Source of the DNA: Neoconidiobolus thromboides FSU 785
Lineage: Eukaryota; Fungi; Entomophthoromycota
Assembly: GCA_025603075.1 (NCBI GenBank)
Contig: MU626259.1
Location: 124,001 to 188,000 of the forward strand
Direction: 5' to 3'
Length of the DNA: 64,000 nt
Position numbers and translations under genes: made by a program. The first letter of the stretch is position 1, and each line of letters begins with the position of its first letter. This document shows positions 1-12,125 of this stretch, piece after piece. A model generated the notes under the pieces. The model worked only from the letters and a program-made list of their open reading frames with translations, was not told where the DNA came from and did no database searches.

Positions 1-209
1 AATCTATGGTGCTTAGTTGAAGAAATGATTTTATTAAACATATATGTTTGTTTTATTATTAACTTTTACTTTTTGTCATTGAATTTATTGTTCTTAATGA
101 AATAATAAATCTTTAATAAATCGAACTTTGATTATTTAAAAATAAATCTACACCATAATTTATTGATATCTAAAAGTGACTTAAGAATTCCGAGAAAATA
201 ATAGTATAT

Positions 210-308
210 GGGGATGTATTTTTGTGTTTAAGAATTTTACTAACAAATTTTCCGCTTAAATAGCGCTTAAAAAATGGAAAAAGTAATGAAGTCAAAAAAA
301 ACACTCCC
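210..308 (+). mobile_element. MITE family copy 1 (~100 bp, GGG..CCC termini, 4-bp TSD)
   Basis: GGGGATGTATTTTT...AAAAAAAACACTCCC imperfect TIR; flanked by ATAT (206-209) and ATAT (309-312); 13 further copies in the window. Confidence 0.9.
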
Positions 309-1182
309 ATATGTTATTTATGTCAAAATAGTAACTAAATCATATACCTAAATAATTCTTGAATGTATAAAAGGTAGTCATAATATATAAAAGTTATATA
401 GTATATAATAATAGTTATATATGTATGCCTTTATATTAGTATAAACCTATATTAAATATTATAAATCCTATTATAATAAATCACAAGTGATATCATAAAA
501 CATTAAAATACTCACTTTATAAAAATAGAAAAGTACAATACTGGAATGCATAATATCTAAAATACAAGTTGTGTATAAATAGATCTATCCGAATTATCAA
601 TACCAGTTTAAGCAGTTTTTATATATGTGGAAATAAGTGGTAATAAGTCTAAAATGAAATTCAAAATTTTTATTTATAAAACTTAATATAATTAAAAATA
701 TAATAAAAAAGAATCTATCCAGCCTGAATAATTAATTGATCATGTACCAGCTTTAGTATTTGTTACAACAAAAACTGTGTAATATTCAAATATAAGATAT
801 GAATATCTTTTTTCACTTCACTACTTCATTTTTTCTGCAATATAAAAATTTTGAAATACTAATCGAACATCGAAACAGAAACATGTTATCATGTCTTGAG
901 TTTTATATGAAGCAGTAACGATATAGTAGTAAAATAGTATCCAAATGGAATTGAATTACAATGAACTTACAAAAAAAAGACTCATATTGGGAACAAAAGT
1001 GAAATAATCAATGTAATGTTATAATTAATAAACTCAACAGCTTAAACGACAATTTTTTATCAAAATGATTTGATTTTAGCCAAGATTTATAATTAATTAA
1101 AAAAGCTTGAATTTTGTTCTAGAAAAAAATATATATAAATAAAAGAAAAGAAAAAAGTATATAATTATACAATATTCAAAAC

Positions 1183-1800
1183 ATGATATCAATATTTTAC
1201 AAGAAAAACGGAACCTTTGAGCTATTACAGAAACTTGAAACTAAAATTCAATATATGAAATCGGATATTGAAAACAATAAGCTTAATAGTGGGATAGGCA
1301 AAGTGAGTACTGGTCTAAATGAAATAATAAATTTGTTAAAAGTACATGAAATCAAAGTAATTCAAATGAAAAAAAAATGTGAATTTAAAAGCAAATATGA
1401 TCTATACAAAAAAGAATATTTATTTCAGTTAAGATATCATCTTTCTCTACTATTAGGATTGCAACAGCTATTGATTTGTTACATAGAAAAGGATATATTA
1501 TCAAGATTGAAATTTCAAAAAGAATTTATTACTGGTGTTCACTTTTTAAAATTTAAGCTAATAGCTTCTTGGCATATTTGTAAAGCCCTTCCGTTGAAAG
1601 AAAAACTTAGTGAGGTTGATGAAAATAAATTCAACGATGATAATGTTGACTTAGTATTCGCCAATAAGGGTGATGAAGATGAAATAAAAGTGATGTTTGA
1701 ACCATCTATTATATTTGATCTCTCATTCTCTCCTATTGAAGAAACTAAAAGAAGTAAACGTTATGCTTCTATCTTCGAAAAAGATAGTATAATGTTATAA
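1183..1800 (+). CDS. hypothetical protein, predicted helical N-terminal domain (orphan family with 13834 and 16629)
   Basis: 205-aa intronless ORF in otherwise stop-rich DNA; gapless H-x2-L-x7-L-x2-Y-x7-R pattern shared with the two other ORFs. Confidence 0.65.
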   Translation: MISIFYKKNGTFELLQKLETKIQYMKSDIENNKLNSGIGKVSTGLNEIINLLKVHEIKVIQMKKKCEFKSKYDLYKKEYLFQLRYHLSLLLGLQQLLICYIEKDILSRLKFQKEFITGVHFLKFKLIASWHICKALPLKEKLSEVDENKFNDDNVDLVFANKGDEDEIKVMFEPSIIFDLSFSPIEETKRSKRYASIFEKDSIML

Positions 1801-2703
1801 CCTCTCGGATTATTTCTTTCCTTAACCCATTATTCATCTCAATCATTATTTATTTTTAAAAGATTAATGCTACTTATATAGTTATTTTTATTTTATAGGC
1901 ATAATAGTAATAAAGATCAACTATAAACAAAAATAAAATGCACCCTCTTGTATTGTAATATTTAATTAAACTCCTTTTGTTATCTTATTAAAATTTGATA
2001 TTTGTAATTTTTGAAACTACCTGGGATTATTTTTAAAGCTCAATGCTTAAGGTTTTTATTCTTGATCATTTAACGGCTCAAAGACTATCTTACTAGTTGT
2101 TGTTTTGATAAATTAATTTAAAAAAGTTCATAGCTACAAATAAAAATTAGGATTGGAATTATAACTTCCAACGTATGAAAAGAATAGCACCAAATATCAG
2201 GGAATCATTAATAAGAAATAAAATAAAAATATATTAAGGTAACGCATCTTCAATAAAATATTGACTTCATAATCAATTTAGGGTAGATATATTAATTGTG
2301 GATTGTGCGGATTTGTTTGAAGAAAATTAGCTCATTTAAACTTGTGGATAAATTCAATTGTTCAATAAAAGTGGCTAAATTTAATATTTAAGGTACATTA
2401 TTGGAAGACAATTATTAATGAGGGATTAATAACAACTAAAAATAAGTTGGGCACTTAAATTATAAAGAAGTAGAATGGAAGCAGGGGAACTATATTTATT
2501 TATAGTGAAGTAATAAATTGAAGGAACCTCCCGATTATGAATCAGTACAGTAGACAAAATATATAAACTATAAATCATTAATATTACTTTTTTTCATTTA
2601 ACACTCTATTTAAAGTAATTTTTACTTTTGAAAGTAAAAATAAAATTATCTAATATACATAATCGGCTCAACATCTATACACTTTGAAAGTGTAATATCA
2701 ACA

Positions 2704-4527
2704 ATGAAATATTTCTTAATAGTAAACTTATTTGCTGGATTAATACTCACTCAAGCTACTGGAAGATGCGAAAAGATTCATGTTAGAAAGGAGATCCGAG
2801 ATTTGACATCCCAAGAACGTGAAGATTTTTTCAATGCTATATTAAGCATTAACTCTGGAAGTCGTCCAACCCCATTAGATAGATTAACAAGGATTCATGT
2901 TGATAATAGTGATAGTATCCATACTAACCCAGTATTTTTACCATGGCATCGTCATTTCTTACATTTAGCCGAACAAGAAATGCGTAAGAATTATCCAAAC
3001 CTTGTAATTCCATATTGGGATTGGGCTAGAGATTCTCAAGCTCCAGAACGTAGTGAAATTTTTACCGATAATTACTTTGGGGGCACTGGTACAGCTCAGA
3101 CTAATTGGTGTGTTAGCAGTGGTAGATTTAAAGACTTTAGAGTCATAACTACTGATGATGGAAATCAAGAGCATTGTTTAAGAAGATCCTTCAATAAAGG
3201 GAATAGAATATCTGCTTTTGTTTCGGTTGAAGGTATTGATAAAGTAAAAAGAGAAAATAAGAATTATGATCGCTTTGCTCAACGTTTAGAAGGGAGTCCA
3301 CATGCTCTTCCACACACGTTTATTGGTGGTGATTATGGTGATATCTCTTCAATGTCTAGTCCTAACGACCCTATTTTCTGGGTACATCATGGGATGATCG
3401 ATAAAATTTGGGCTGATTGGCAAGTTGAAAATGGAGAAGAAGGAAAAAAATATCATTCAAGACGTAGTGATACTGATCCTCTACCCTACTATCAAAATGT
3501 TCAAGTGAGACAAATATTAGATACTTCTCAATATCCACTATGCTATGTCTATGCTGGGCAGCCTATTCCAAAATCAAATGATACTACTACTGAAACTACC
3601 ACTACTGCTCCTCAAACTCAATCAAGTACTATTAGTCTTCCCCAGACAACAACCGATCAACCAATTGATACACAATCTTCTATTGCCTCAAGTACTACTC
3701 AACAACCTATTGCTACTCCAAGTACTACTCAACAACCTATTGTTACCCCAAGTACTACTCAACAACCTATTGTTACCCCAAGTACTACTCAACAACCTAT
3801 TTTTACTCCATCTACTACGGAACCTATCTTTACTCCAACTAATACTCAACCTATCTTTACTCCGACTTTCACCCAACCACAAGTTACAAACGAACCTACT
3901 CCTACTAGACAACCCCCACCACGTGGAGGTCGACCAGGACGCGATAATAATTTCTTTATTAATGGAAGTTTATTAAGAACAATCTTAGAATCTCTTGGAT
4001 TCCGAGTTCGTCGTAGAGGTTATTATGGAAACACAGATGAAAATTATGGTGAATATCCAAAGAATAATAATAATAAATATCCAACGAAACCTAAATATCC
4101 AACAGAACCTAAATATCCAACAGAACCTAAATACCCAACAGAACCTAAAAATCCAATTGTTAATATTGAGCATGAGGGTCAAAATCTAGCCATTGATCTT
4201 ACTTCTATTATCCAACCTAATGCCTTGTTACAGCAAATTGAACAAATTTGCCCAAAAACATTATGTCCATCTTCTGAAGATCGTGATAATAAAGTCAAAT
4301 TAAGGATTCCAGAACCAGTTGGTCTTAAATGGTTACAAATGAATCGTTATCCAGTTGAACAATTCCGTGAACAAGAATTGGAATATGCTCAAGAATTATA
4401 CAAATTTAATTCAGATCCTAATTATATTTCTTCTGCTTCTATTAAAAAGAGGTTCGAATCTAAATATCAAGCTGATGAAGAAGAGATAGTTAAGAAAACC
4501 GTAGTTAAGAAAGTAGTTTATTATTAG
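2704..4527 (+). CDS. secreted tyrosinase / type-3 di-copper protein with Thr/Pro-rich linker and C-terminal domain
   Basis: Signal peptide; CVRKEIRDL-like start (HVRKEIRDL); CuA H..H..FLPWHR; CuB HALPH...SPNDPIFWVHH. Confidence 0.93.
   Translation: MKYFLIVNLFAGLILTQATGRCEKIHVRKEIRDLTSQEREDFFNAILSINSGSRPTPLDRLTRIHVDNSDSIHTNPVFLPWHRHFLHLAEQEMRKNYPNLVIPYWDWARDSQAPERSEIFTDNYFGGTGTAQTNWCVSSGRFKDFRVITTDDGNQEHCLRRSFNKGNRISAFVSVEGIDKVKRENKNYDRFAQRLEGSPHALPHTFIGGDYGDISSMSSPNDPIFWVHHGMIDKIWADWQVENGEEGKKYHSRRSDTDPLPYYQNVQVRQILDTSQYPLCYVYAGQPIPKSNDTTTETTTTAPQTQSSTISLPQTTTDQPIDTQSSIASSTTQQPIATPSTTQQPIVTPSTTQQPIVTPSTTQQPIFTPSTTEPIFTPTNTQPIFTPTFTQPQVTNEPTPTRQPPPRGGRPGRDNNFFINGSLLRTILESLGFRVRRRGYYGNTDENYGEYPKNNNNKYPTKPKYPTEPKYPTEPKYPTEPKNPIVNIEHEGQNLAIDLTSIIQPNALLQQIEQICPKTLCPSSEDRDNKVKLRIPEPVGLKWLQMNRYPVEQFREQELEYAQELYKFNSDPNYISSASIKKRFESKYQADEEEIVKKTVVKKVVYY
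3691..3810 (+). repeat. coding tandem repeat, 4 x 30 bp (STTQQPIVTP)
   Basis: agtactactcaacaacctat unit starts at 3691, 3721, 3751, 3781; degenerate units follow. Confidence 0.95.
4075..4146 (+). repeat. coding tandem repeat, 4 x 18 bp (KYPTEP)
   Basis: aaatatccaacagaacct-like unit repeated four times. Confidence 0.95.
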
Positions 4528-4701
4528 GCCTTTTTAATTTTAATTTTAATAAAATATTTTATAACAATTTAATTGAATATGATGTATTCAACTCAAGCTT
4601 TATGATTGATTTATGGAATTTTGTAAGTATGTTCAAAAAAATCATTATAGTTACTAGTCTTGCAAACCAAAAAAAGAACACATTAATCTTATATATATTA
4701 A

Positions 4702-4774
4702 AGCCTAATATGGGGCTCGAACCCATGACCCTGAGATTAAAAGTCTCATGCTCTACCGACTGAGCTAATCAGGC
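4702..4774 (-). tRNA. tRNA-Lys (anticodon TTT), intronless
   Basis: Reverse complement GCCTGATTAGCTCAGTCGGTAGAGCATGAGACTTTTAATCTCAGGGTCATGGGTTCGAGCCCCATATTAGGCT; 7-bp acceptor stem, TGAGA/TCTCA anticodon stem, GTTCGA T-loop. Confidence 0.97.
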
Positions 4775-5664
4775 ATCTTTTTGAACTAGATGAAAATTAA
4801 TTAGATAAGTAATATATCAATACTTTTCAAAATCATATGAGGCAGCTTTCTATTCTTCAATGTACAATAGTTTAAAAAAGGGCTACGTTTTTTAAATTCA
4901 CTATAATTTGATAACAATAAGTAAAATATTCAATAAAACTGTTTAATTCAACCTTAGTAAGTTTATAGAGATGTTTTTTGTTTTAAATTTAAAATAATAT
5001 TTTTATAATCTGTTAAAAGGTGAATAAAACTTAAAAAGCAAATATTTTTGATACATAATCAATATTTAAACTAAAATTAAGCTAATTTTACTCTTAATTT
5101 TGATCAAGGTTTTAAACAAACTCTTGTCTTACTATAAGGACTTCTATTTTTTATTGATAAGCTAGACACCTCACTCAACTTGAAGACATACACAATCTAT
5201 GGCGTATTAGAAATAAAAATCTGTATTAGTAATTATTATTAGTTTTATTTTGCAATCAAATTTAATCACATTAAAATTTAAGCTAGAAAATCAATATCCC
5301 GAAATTGATTGGTTTTTCCTGAGAATTTTTCTGAAAATGACGCAATTTAGAAAAGTGAATTTATTATTAATTTACATTTGCTATAAGTGGAGACAAAAAA
5401 ATATTCAACTTCTAAAATTAGCAAGATTAAAGTAAAAAACTAATTTTGATTAACAATGTACTTTTAGTTTAAAAGAATTAAAAATAAAATTAAATAAACT
5501 AAAGTGGTTGAATTATAAAAATAAATATTTATATTACTAATATAAAAGTAAGATAGATAAATAGATATGTAAGCTTCCATTTTTTAAAAAGTATATAAAC
5601 AATACTATTTCATATTTGAATTATATAACTTAATTATAAATATAAAGATTTAGTAAAATAAAAA

Positions 5665-6843
5665 ATGACTGTATTTAATATTGAACCAAAAGATTTTGTA
5701 GTCGAACAAAATCCAACTGCTGGGAGTAATATAGAAGGAGAAAATGAAAATGCCCCTTTATTTAGTGAACTTACGATCAAAAATTTAACAATAAATAATC
5801 GGGTGGCTGTATCTCCCATGTGTACCTATAGCTCTAAAGATGGATTTATGACCAACTGGCATTTAGTTCATTATGGACAATTTGCCTTGCATGGTGCAGG
5901 TTTAATCATTGTCGAAGCTACCGCTGTATCTGAAGAAGGAAGAATTACACCCTATTGTGCTGGTATTTGGAAAGATGAACATATGGAGAAATTGACCGAA
6001 ATTACAACTTATGTTCATCAACAAGGAGGTAAAATTGGTATTCAAATTGGACATTCAGGTAGAAAAGGTTCTACTTTCCCATTATATCATCCAAAAGCAG
6101 ATGATATCGCTTCTAGAGAATTTGGTGGTTGGGATAATATTATTGCCCCATCAGCTATTGCTTGGGATGATCAGCATTTGGTTCCAATTGAAATGACCAT
6201 TCAAGATATTGATAGAGTTATTAATGATTTTAAAAATGCAGCTGAAAGAGTGTTAAAGTCTGGTTTTGATGTACTCGAAATTCATGGAGCTCATGGCTAT
6301 TTAATTCATGAATTTTTATCCCCTATCTCCAACAAGCGTACTGACAAATATGGTGGTAGCTTTGAAAATAGAACTCGCTTCTTAAAACAAATTGTCCAAA
6401 ATATTCGCCAAGTATGGCCTGCTGAAAAGCCATTATTTGTTAGGTTGAGTTGTACTGATTGGATTTCTGAAGAAATTAGTTGGGATTTAAATCAAACTCT
6501 TTCTTTAACAAAAGAATTGAGAGAATTAGGAGTAGATTTAATTGATTGTTCATCGGGTGGTACTAGTCCAAAACAAAAAATTACTACTGGTTTAGGTTAT
6601 CAAGTGCAATTCTCTGAAGCAGTAAGACAACATAATAATAATGGGTTATTTACTGGTGCTGTAGGGCTTATCACTTCTCCTGAACAAGCTAATGAAATTA
6701 TTAAAGATGATAAAGCTGACTTAGTTTTCTTAGCTAGGGAATTTTTAAGGACTCCTAACTTTGTATTAAAAGCCGCTCAAGAATTAAAAGTTAAAGTGAA
6801 ATATGCTCAACAGTATGAAAGAGGTCGTCGTTCATTTGATTAA
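5665..6843 (+). CDS. Old Yellow Enzyme / NADH:flavin oxidoreductase, YqjM-like class
   Basis: NRVAVSPMCTY, QIGHSGRK, catalytic HGAHGY, NKRTDKYGGSFENR, C-terminal QYERG. Confidence 0.95.
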   Translation: MTVFNIEPKDFVVEQNPTAGSNIEGENENAPLFSELTIKNLTINNRVAVSPMCTYSSKDGFMTNWHLVHYGQFALHGAGLIIVEATAVSEEGRITPYCAGIWKDEHMEKLTEITTYVHQQGGKIGIQIGHSGRKGSTFPLYHPKADDIASREFGGWDNIIAPSAIAWDDQHLVPIEMTIQDIDRVINDFKNAAERVLKSGFDVLEIHGAHGYLIHEFLSPISNKRTDKYGGSFENRTRFLKQIVQNIRQVWPAEKPLFVRLSCTDWISEEISWDLNQTLSLTKELRELGVDLIDCSSGGTSPKQKITTGLGYQVQFSEAVRQHNNNGLFTGAVGLITSPEQANEIIKDDKADLVFLAREFLRTPNFVLKAAQELKVKVKYAQQYERGRRSFD

Positions 6844-7107
6844 ATGAACTGTATTTTCTAATAGTGGCTCCTTTATCTAAACATGATCCTATTTTGATAG
6901 CGATAAAAATATTTTTTCCTCTTAGTTATAATAAATAAAAATGATTATTAAATTTTATTCTTTCTGTTTTACTCATAATCGTTAAAAGCTTAGCTTTGGT
7001 GAAAAATTTACTACTTGATATTAAAAAATGGGTTTGCTATAAATTGGCTAACTTATTATAGTTTAAATATTATTTACTTATACTGCATAAGTAAGGAAAT
7101 ATCATAT

Positions 7108-7209
7108 GGGGATGCATTTTTGTATTTAAGAGTTTTACTAACAATTTTCCACTCAAATAGCGGTTAAAAGATGGAAAAAGTAATGAAGCCAAAAAAAAAC
7201 ATCTTCTTC
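7108..7209 (+). mobile_element. MITE family copy 2
   Basis: Colinear with copy 1; ATAT flanks at 7104-7107 and 7210-7213. Confidence 0.88.
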
Positions 7210-7703
7210 ATATCGTATCAAGTTTTTGAAAGATGTAAGAAAATGTTTTATACGGTTTTTTTATGAAATATAATGACTTTAACAACATTTTAATATACTT
7301 TATCTAATATGGAATGTCTTTATTTCTATAAAATTATAATACTCTTCAACTTAAATCAATTTATTCCTACACTAAATTACTGAAAGCATAATTTCTAAAT
7401 TTAGTAAACTCTTAGCTTGGTGGAACATAGTAATACATCATGTTATAGTGAACTTTTCAAGAGAACAATAAAACTATAGAGAAAGAAATCAAGAGACACT
7501 TTAAAGTGTTAATATATCGCCATAGTTTTAAGCGTGGTATAAGGATAATAGTAATATCCAGGAATAATATAAAATAGTAAATTAAAGAACAGATAAAGAT
7601 GAAATTTTTACTAAATAAATCTAGAATAGGATAAAATGTTCTTGAAGCATTTCTATTTAATAAATCCTAAAACAATTTTAAAAAAGCTTTTTAACTAACT
7701 TGA

Positions 7704-8481
7704 ATGATTGATTCTTCCACTACCATATTTGTTGTTATAATAGCCATCTTTTTATCCCTGTCAATATTAGTATTAGGACCCTATATTTATAAGCAGATAA
7801 GGAAAGGTGTTGGAAGAGAAGAATTAGTGGAGAATTCTTTAGAATTATTTCAAACTAATTATATCAAAGATACATTTCAACCAAGTTGTGGAAATAAAAC
7901 CAAAATTAAAAAAAAGAAATGTACTATTGAATTTTTAGAAAATTGTATCCTTCAATCTCATATCTATTTATTAACCTCTGTCTCGTTTTATTTTGAAATT
8001 AAAATATTGGAATTGAAAAATGATTCTGAGTTATTAATCGGTTTAGCTGGTAAATGTGAAGATAAAATAGATGGTAATTAATATTTCTATACCTTTTTGT
8101 TTTATAGCTTTACCTCTTATAGAACATTGTATCCTACTTAAAGCCCGAAATAATGGAGTAATAATAAACAAAACCGAGTATCCGCAAGCTTATGTACAAA
8201 CAATAAAAGCCTTAGATATTGTAGGAATATACTATGATAATCACAGCAAAGAACTGACTTTTACCTATAACGGTAGAGACTTGTTATATTATGAATACAG
8301 TGGAGGAGGAACGATCTTGCTACCCACTATATTCAGCACTCAAGGTACTAAAATTTCATACAATTTAGGAGATAATATGTATTTTTATTATCGAGCTAAT
8401 GAATTAAAAATTATTGGTACTAGTAGTTATATAAAAGAAGCGCCACCAACATATGAAAATAATAATGATAGGATAATCTAA
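7704..8481 (+). CDS. single-pass TM + divergent SPRY domain + C-terminal PPxY (Ssh4/Ear1-like); intron 8074-8122
   Basis: N-terminal TM helix; YFEIKI..LIGLAGK, DIVGIYY, FTYNG, LLPTI; ends APPTY; the 49-nt phase-1 intron joins the two ORFs and matches the paralog intron position. Confidence 0.8.
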
Positions 8482-8571
8482 ATCTTTTCTTGTTTAAATA
8501 ATTAATAAAATCTTATATTTATAGTCTAAAAGAGGGATTTATATACTTTATTATATACCAATTAACAGAAT

Positions 8572-8644
8572 GGGGTAGTAGCTCAATCGGTAGAGTACTC
8601 GCTTTGCATGCGAGGGGCACGGGGATCGAAACCCTGCTACTCCA
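8572..8644 (+). tRNA. tRNA-Ala (anticodon TGC)
   Basis: GGGGTAG/CTACTCC acceptor stem with G3:U70; CTCGC-TTTGCAT-GCGAG anticodon arm. Confidence 0.96.
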
Positions 8645-9274
8645 GTTAATTATTTTAACTTTATATAAATTAATTTTTTGTAAACAAGTTCAATAAATAC
8701 TTATCACTACTAATGATTGTATTATCTTCAAATGGGTTACTACTTCACGAATGAAAAAGGTAACATTTCAACAACTTTATGTTTTAATATTGTCAAATTG
8801 ACGAATAGTAATAAGTTAGTAAGATCTAATTTTAGCTATTAGGTTCCATTTTTTTAATAAAACTTTATCTTAAACTTAAATTGAATTTTGGTTCTCAAGT
8901 TTATTTGATTTTAACCAATAAAAATAAAAATGGAGAAATTGAATTAAAAAGAATGTAACAAGAGGCGCCAATTAGGACGTTGGAATTGAAAATAAAAGAC
9001 CATTTATAAAAAGGTCAAACTTTAACAGCTAAGAGTAATTAATTGAAAGGTAAATTTATAGAAATAAACAATTGAAAAAATAAAGAAAGAGGAAAGGATA
9101 AATAAACTTTTGGTTTCAAGATAAATAATATTAAAGGTTTTGAGTATTCAAGTTTTAAAAGTTCTCAATACTATTAATTCAATTTTTGGATAATTTTCTT
9201 TTTATTTTCTATTTTCTTAGAATCAACTTTATTTTTTGTTAATTTTTACGATACTCATTTATTAACTTAATATT

Positions 9275-11555
9275 ATGTTAGCTAATATTAAAAATCAATC
9301 CCCATTTACTGAAAAGATGGTAAGTTTTTATATAGTAATTTGTTACTAATATAATCTAATTACTTTTGTCTTAGAGCATAACGCATGAAAATTATAACAC
9401 TCATGGAGACCAATATACAGTTGGATATGAAGCTAATTTAAATGAAAATTGGTTAAAATGGTTTAAATCAACCAAAAGTACAACCAAAGAATTAGAATTG
9501 TTTTTTCGACTAAGAGCTGACTTAGAAGAAGAATATTCGAATAAATTAATTCAATTAACTAAGTTACCTTTTGGATATAATGAAAAAGGGTATTTTTTAG
9601 TTTTATATCTATTAATGCGAATATTAATCTATACATTATATAGGTCATTACAAGGAGCTTTAGGGGCAACATTAAGAGAGTTAGAAGTAGTAGCTAACGA
9701 CCATATTCAATTGGCTAATAAAATAAGAACTGAGCTACAAGAAGCTACTGGACAAGCATACCAACATCATAAACAAAATAAAAAAAATTTATACAAAAAT
9801 TTAGAAACTAAAGTTAGAGAAAGGGATGGGTTTTCTTTTATGTTAGAAAGAGTAATCATTTTTGTATTAATTTCAATCAAGTTAGTTAATGAATTATTTT
9901 TAATAGGCTAGAGAAAGAGTGTTAGAATTTCAACAAATTGGTAATGACGCTGCTAGATATGGGGCTGACCAAGAATTAAGATTATCTCAAGCTCGATTTG
10001 AAGATTCAGAAAATCAATTATATTTAGAAAAAGAAAAAATTTCGAACGGTCATCGTAATTTAGAAGTTAACCGTGTTCAATTTATTAGAAATATTTTATG
10101 GAGATATACTAATTTAATTTCAAGTACTTGTGTAACTGATGATGAAGTAAGATAAATTAAGGATTAAATATATAGTTTACTAATGGATTATTTAGTCACT
10201 TGAAAAAATACGTAGAGAATTAGAAAAATGCGATTCTAAAGCTCAAGTAGAAGATTTATTAGAAGCATTTCAATCGAATACTTATTCATATAGTAATATT
10301 AATATAGGTTTATTTATTAGCTTTTATTAACATAATTTGTTTAGATTCAGATGATGATAGTAACAATTCTAATACATCTCAAAATAATAATCAAAATTTG
10401 TATGAAAAACAAAATTTAAATAATTTAAATAATATTGCTGTTCCTGAAAAAAGTTCTCCCTTACGTAATGAAATCAGAAAATCCCAAGATCCTAAATTGA
10501 ATCAGTTGGCATCTTCTTTAGCTGGTTCTGAAATGAATTCACATAAAAATTATACTAATAATAATTCACCAGTTACACCAATTACTAATGAAAAATCAAA
10601 GTTGATTTCAAGCGATTTAGTTAGTGCAACTATTGCTCGTAGTCCAATATTAGCAGCAAAAAGGTCCTCTACTGGTAGTAGACCAGTATCTCGTACACCA
10701 ACTATACCATCTAATTTGGGAAATAATTCACCAGCCCAATTTTCATCCCCAAATCCATCTACCCAACATGGTTATGATTCCCCAAGATCAATGTATAATT
10801 TAGAAAGATCAGGTTCTAATTCTTCTAAACATTCACAAAATGGTAAAATAAGGTCCATATCACCACCGGAAGAATTTTGTCCATCACCAAATAATTTACA
10901 ACGATCTTTTAGTACTATACCTAATCAAAGTTATTTAAGACAATCACCTCATCCCCATCCGCATTCTCAATCAGTTCCATTACCTCATTCAGCACCTTAT
11001 TCACCGGCTAATAATAATTATCCAATTAATTATTATCATCCAGACCAAAGAGTTATGACTATTTCACCACCAAATTCTTACTCTCCTGCTCATACTAATA
11101 TTCATAGTAAGCCTAATACAAATATGATACCTGCTCCTCAATTTCAAATGCAACCTACTACTCCACGTAATAATAATCAAATCCCTCTACAACAACAACA
11201 ACAACAATTACAACAACAACCTCAATCCCAAACTCAACCTCAACCTCAATCTCAACCTCAACAAATTAATAATAATAATAATAATAATGTAACAGTTAGT
11301 ACACTAAATGGTAATAAAACAAATAATAATAAAAATAGTACTAGACCTGATTCTAGACCAATATTATTTTATGTTAAAGCAATGTATGATTATGAAGCAG
11401 AAATAAGTGAAGAAATATCCTTAGTAGAAGGACAAATTATATCAGTATTAGCTACTCAATTAGATGGTTGGTGGGAAGGAGAAGTTCAAGATAATAATGG
11501 CACTTATTTAAGAGGTATTTTCCCATCGAATTTTACAGAACCAGTATCACTTTAA
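9275..11555 (+). CDS. F-BAR + C-terminal SH3 protein (Cdc15/Hof1/Imp2 PCH family), multi-exon
   Basis: FFRLRADLEEEYSNKL and FEDSENQL...VNRVQF F-BAR helices; Ser/Pro/Gln-rich middle; SH3 VKAMYDYEAE...LDGWWEG...GIFPSNF; introns 9320-9374 and 9590-9643 restore frame. Confidence 0.85.
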
Positions 11556-12125
11556 TAATTGTTGTTTAATATATATATGAGATTGTTATTATTTGTACTA
11601 ACATGGATTTAGTTTTTTTTGTTAATTCGTTATTTTAAAATTGATGCCAGATGATTTAGAGTGCAATGTGTGTATCTTTAAAGTTATCTTCAATTCATCT
11701 CCCCCACTTATCTTTTAATCCCTTAACTTGAAGATTTTTATCGTTTATTAAATTTTTTATATTTTATAGTTTTTGAATTAATTTATTTTGTAGTTTGTTT
11801 TATTTATGTTTAACTTAAAATTTATATTATAATTGTTTATTATAAGTTTAATCAATTGTTTATAATTTTTAAAAGTTTTAAATTTTAATTGTTGATTTTA
11901 AAATCAATAATTTTATTTGACAACTATTTTGGATCTGAATTTTATCGGAAATTTATAAACTTTCAAGTTAAAAAAATAACGACTAAAAACAGAAAAAAAA
12001 ACAGTGAAATAAATTTAATAAAACCGTTTACAACTAACATTTATATTAGCAATATATATAAATATATAATATATAAATATATTATATTCGAATAATTAAA
12101 TTTAAATTTTAAATATATACACATA

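Noticed and set aside
4702-4720. ATATGGGG inside tRNA-Lys matches the MITE end, suggesting a tRNA-derived SINE
   Set aside because: Match is only 8 bp; the MITE has TIRs and no A/B boxes or tail.
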